From the NCBI GenBank assembly GCA_937873685.1, contig CALMYO010000293.1, positions 1 through 39,585 of the forward strand: DNA of 39,585 nt. The letters are read 5' to 3'. The notes beneath the pieces are model-generated. The model did not search any database and had not been told where the DNA came from. It saw only the letters and a program-made list of their open reading frames with translations. A program made the translations under genes and the position numbers. Source of the DNA: an uncultured Rhodobacteraceae bacterium (GTDB lineage: Bacteria; Pseudomonadota; Alphaproteobacteria; Rhizobiales; Rhizobiaceae). Positions 36,497 to 39,585 of this stretch are shown piece by piece; the stretch's first letter is position 1, and each line of letters starts with the position of its first letter.

Positions 36497-37861
36497 ATGA
36501 GCAAACGACGAAACTTCCTCTCCTCAGAGGCCGGCAACTTCACCATGATGTTGGCGCTTGCCATGCCGGTCGCCATTGTCGCGGTTGGAATGGCGCTCGA
36601 CTACGGCTCGCTTAGCCAGACACGGTCGAAACTCCAGGGTGCGGTCGACGCCGCTGTCCTGTTTGCGGCGCGATCTTATCGCGATACCGGTTCGCTGATG
36701 TCGGCAAGTGATGTGGAGCAGTTCATCAAGGCAAACTACGCTGGCGACCTTCGCGGCATCAAGATCAAGAAGGTCGGCAATGACATCGTCATCGAAGCCG
36801 GCAGCCGCAAGTCTTCAATCTTTTCCGGTTTCGTCGATGGCAGCGCAAAGGATGTCGAGGTCACGAGCGCGGCCAATATCGGCGAGGTGACGGATATCGA
36901 AGTGGTGATGGTGCTTGACAACACCTACTCGATGGTGACGGACGACAAGATCGGATCGCTGCGAACAGTGGCGAAAAGTTTCGTCGACACGATGTTCGAG
37001 GCGGAAAATCCTTACACCACGGTCAAGATCGGGTTGGTGCCGTTCACCAACCACGTCAATGTCGGGCTTGCCAATCGTAGCCAGCCGTGGATGACGGTTC
37101 CGGCCGACACTTCCTCGACCAGCTTTCAGTGCCACATGAAGAGGGATGTCGTTTCCAAAGCGAACTGCCGGATGGAAACATATTCATACGACGGTGTTTC
37201 CTATCAGGCCGAGACTTGCGACTATACATATGGACCCGAATACGAGGTCTGTGAGAACGTCACGAACGAAGAGAAATGGTACGGTTGCGCCGGCTCGCGC
37301 CAGACGCCGTTCAACCTGCAGGATCCCTACGCCTCGAAGCCCTTTCCCGGTCTCATGAACACCTGGTGCGGCGCCGAACTGAAGACACTTACAAAGAACA
37401 AGGCCGACTTGACGGCAGCAATCGACGCCATGAACGCCAATGGCGAAACCTATATCTCAACTGGCGTCATGTGGGGCTGGCGCGTGATCTCAAACGCGGC
37501 GCCGTTCGAGGACGGCATCAAGGTGACCGGCGCCAACAAGAACCGCGTCAAGAAGATAATGCTGCTGATGACCGACGGCGACAACCAGAAATCGGCGCAG
37601 CTGCCCGATCCCTGGCACTGGGGCAGCGACCTGACCCAGGCCGACCAGTGGACCAAGCAGGCCTGCGCCAATGTTCGTGCCGACGAGATCGACGTCTATG
37701 CGATTACCTTTGGCAAGGATGTCAGCGTGTCGGGAAAATCGGTGATGAGCGCCTGCGCCGGCGCACCGGACCGCTACTACGATGCCGCAAACGCTGCCGC
37801 GCTCGACGCCGCTTTTCAGGACATCGCCGCGAAGGTGACACAGCTTCGCCTGACGAACTGA
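36497..37861 (+). CDS. TadE/TadG-like putative Flp-pilus pseudopilin with a von Willebrand factor A (vWA) domain
   Basis: N-terminus NFLSSEAGNFTMMLALAMPVAIVAVGMALDYGSL is the TadE-like prepilin-type motif. vWA/MIDAS-like VMVLDNTYSM, and a C-terminus ...YAITFG...AAALDAAFQDIA typical of TadG-like proteins. 454 aa. Confidence 0.75.
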   Translation: MSKRRNFLSSEAGNFTMMLALAMPVAIVAVGMALDYGSLSQTRSKLQGAVDAAVLFAARSYRDTGSLMSASDVEQFIKANYAGDLRGIKIKKVGNDIVIEAGSRKSSIFSGFVDGSAKDVEVTSAANIGEVTDIEVVMVLDNTYSMVTDDKIGSLRTVAKSFVDTMFEAENPYTTVKIGLVPFTNHVNVGLANRSQPWMTVPADTSSTSFQCHMKRDVVSKANCRMETYSYDGVSYQAETCDYTYGPEYEVCENVTNEEKWYGCAGSRQTPFNLQDPYASKPFPGLMNTWCGAELKTLTKNKADLTAAIDAMNANGETYISTGVMWGWRVISNAAPFEDGIKVTGANKNRVKKIMLLMTDGDNQKSAQLPDPWHWGSDLTQADQWTKQACANVRADEIDVYAITFGKDVSVSGKSVMSACAGAPDRYYDAANAAALDAAFQDIAAKVTQLRLTN

Positions 37862-37906
37862 AGGAAGCGCTTGACATCGGCTTTCCTGCCGCCCAAAAAG
37901 CGCGTC

Positions 37907-37957
37907 ATGAACACGATCATTCTTGTCGTAGGATCGCGCATGGGCAGGGGAGCGTAG
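37907..37957 (+). CDS. Putative ilv leader peptide MNTIILVVGSRMGRGA (16 aa), rich in branched-chain residues
   Basis: Small ORF with consecutive Ile-Ile-Leu-Val-Val codons. It lies between a TTGACA box (37871-37876) and a strong intrinsic terminator, and precedes ilvI by about 120 nt. Confidence 0.45.
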   Translation: MNTIILVVGSRMGRGA

Positions 37958-37992
37958 CTCCTCCGGCTTTGGCTACCCATGCGCGACGATCA

Positions 37993-38017
37993 GGCTCCCC
38001 CGGGGGCCTTTTTTATT
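37993..38017 (+). terminator. Intrinsic terminator/attenuator hairpin GGCTCC-cccg-GGGGCC followed by TTTTTTATT, upstream of ilvI
   Basis: GC-rich palindrome CCCCCGGGGG plus a 9-nt T-rich run, seen directly. Located in the 5' leader of the acetolactate synthase gene. Confidence 0.6.
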
Positions 38018-38076
38018 GCTCGCAACAGGACTAAACGCAGCCAAACACTTGGCGGGACAACAGACGGAACTGAGAC

Positions 38077-39585
38077 ATGGCCACCACCGCAACAATCGAA
38101 GCCGAACCGAAACGCGCCCGCGGCGGCGCCCGCGAGATGACGGGCGCGGAGATGGTCGTCCAGGCGCTGATCGACCAGGGCGTGAAGCACATCTTCGGCT
38201 ATCCCGGCGGCGCGGTGCTGCCGATCTATGACGAACTGTTCCAGCAGGAAGAGGTCGAGCACATCCTCGTGCGCCACGAACAGGGCGCGGGCCATGCGGC
38301 GGAAGGCTACGCCCGCTCCACCGGCAAGGTCGGCGTCATGCTGGTGACATCGGGTCCGGGCGCTACCAACGCCGTGACGCCGTTGCAGGATGCGCTGATG
38401 GACTCCATTCCGCTCGTCTGCATCACCGGCCAGGTGCCGACGACGCTGATCGGCTCCGACGCCTTCCAGGAATGCGACACCGTCGGCATCACCCGGCCCT
38501 GCACCAAGCACAACTGGCTGGTGAAGGACGTCAACGACCTTGCGCGCATCCTGCACGAGGCGTTCCGTGTCGCGGCGACCGGCCGGCCCGGTCCGGTCGT
38601 GGTCGACATCCCGAAGGATGTGCAGTTCGCAACCGGCATGTACCAGCCGCCGGCAACGGCGCGGCAACTGACAAGCTACCAGCCGCGCATGAGCGGCGAC
38701 ATGGGCCAGATCAGGCAGGCGATCGAACTGATGGCTGGCGCGAAGCGGCCGATCATCTATTCGGGCGGCGGCGTGGTCAATTCGGGTCCGGAAGCCTGCC
38801 ACCTTCTGCGCGAACTGGTGGAACTGACCGGTTTCCCGATCACCTCGACCCTGATGGGCCTCGGCGCCTATCCGGCTTCCGGTCCTGCATGGATGGGCAT
38901 GCTCGGCATGCACGGCACCTACGAAGCCAACATGGCCATGCACGATTGCGACGTGATGGTGTGCATCGGCGCGCGCTTCGACGACCGCATCACCGGCCGC
39001 TTGAACGCGTTTTCGCCAAACAGCCGCAAGATCCATATCGACATCGATCCCTCGTCGCTGAACAAGAACGTGCGCGCCGAGGTCGCGATCCTCGGCGATG
39101 TCGGCCATGTCCTGGAAGACATGGTGCGGCTGTGGCGCGCGCGCGGCAAGCCGGCCGACAAGCAGCAGCTGAAGGGCTGGTGGGAGCAGATCGCCAAGTG
39201 GCGGGCGCGCAACAGCCTAGCCTATACGCCCAATGACGATGTGATCATGCCGCAATACGCCATCCAGCGCCTGTACGAGGCGACGAAGGATCGCGATACC
39301 TACATCACCACGGAAGTCGGCCAGCACCAGATGTGGGCGGCGCAGTTCTACCATTTCGAGAAACCGAACCGCTGGATGACCTCCGGCGGTCTCGGCACCA
39401 TGGGTTACGGCCTGCCTGCCGCCTTGGGCGTCCAGATCGCCCATCCCGAAAGCCTGGTGATCGACATTGCCGGCGACGCCTCGGTGCTGATGACGATCCA
39501 GGAGATGAGCGCGGCGGTGCAGTTCAACGCGCCGATCAAGATCTTCATCCTCAACAACCAGTACATGGGCATGGTGCGCCAGTGG
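38077..39585 (+). CDS. ilvI: Acetolactate synthase large (catalytic) subunit, 3' truncated by the window end
   Basis: MTGAEMVVQALIDQGVKHIFGYPGGAVLPIYDEL...GPGATNAVT...GSDAFQECDTVGITRPCTKHNW..., and a later ThDP motif region. The frame is open to the last base and the gene is absent from the ORF track because it has no stop. Confidence 0.9.
   Translation, partial: MATTATIEAEPKRARGGAREMTGAEMVVQALIDQGVKHIFGYPGGAVLPIYDELFQQEEVEHILVRHEQGAGHAAEGYARSTGKVGVMLVTSGPGATNAVTPLQDALMDSIPLVCITGQVPTTLIGSDAFQECDTVGITRPCTKHNWLVKDVNDLARILHEAFRVAATGRPGPVVVDIPKDVQFATGMYQPPATARQLTSYQPRMSGDMGQIRQAIELMAGAKRPIIYSGGGVVNSGPEACHLLRELVELTGFPITSTLMGLGAYPASGPAWMGMLGMHGTYEANMAMHDCDVMVCIGARFDDRITGRLNAFSPNSRKIHIDIDPSSLNKNVRAEVAILGDVGHVLEDMVRLWRARGKPADKQQLKGWWEQIAKWRARNSLAYTPNDDVIMPQYAIQRLYEATKDRDTYITTEVGQHQMWAAQFYHFEKPNRWMTSGGLGTMGYGLPAALGVQIAHPESLVIDIAGDASVLMTIQEMSAAVQFNAPIKIFILNNQYMGMVRQW

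Noticed and set aside
37990-39108. 372-aa minus-strand ORF, plus 38472-39236 plus-strand 254 aa
   Set aside because: Antisense or out-of-frame with the clearly recognisable acetolactate synthase reading frame, which starts at 38077 and is open to the window end.

Overview
High-GC (about 65%) chromosomal backbone segment that looks alphaproteobacterial, probably Rhizobiales, with conserved synteny: rpsF-rpsR-DUF2232-rplI, dnaB-alr, thyA-folA, hflKC-DUF2065-degP, serB/miaA and ilvI. I call about 34 protein genes plus three RNA or repeat features the ORF track cannot show. (1) A two-piece, circularly permuted tmRNA (ssrA) on the minus strand at about 21.3-21.7 kb, with its tag reading frame, an acceptor stem carrying a G3-U70 wobble, an excised hairpin and a promoter. 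(2) A 36-bp near-perfect inverted-repeat element at 31.62-31.79 kb that starts at the stop codon of a GGDEF gene. (3) A tandem pair of tRNA-like sequences, both with anticodon GAA, at 34.69-34.83 kb. The variable stretch is the roughly 7 kb between miaA and ilvI. It holds a GGDEF cyclase, the IR element, a 500-bp ORF-free region, a stand-alone HerA/FtsK-family (DUF87) ATPase, the tRNA-like locus and an SPFH protein next to a TadG-like vWA protein. It ends in a clear Ile/Leu/Val leader-peptide attenuator upstream of ilvI. Other notable features are a 1888-aa cytoplasmic multi-PAS hybrid histidine kinase apparently co-transcribed with a ClC channel and a thioesterase, and an sspB-DUF4169-RHH_4 operon with an ATGA overlap. 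I see no CRISPR array, integrase or transposase. Many long antisense shadow ORFs in the track are artefacts of GC richness.
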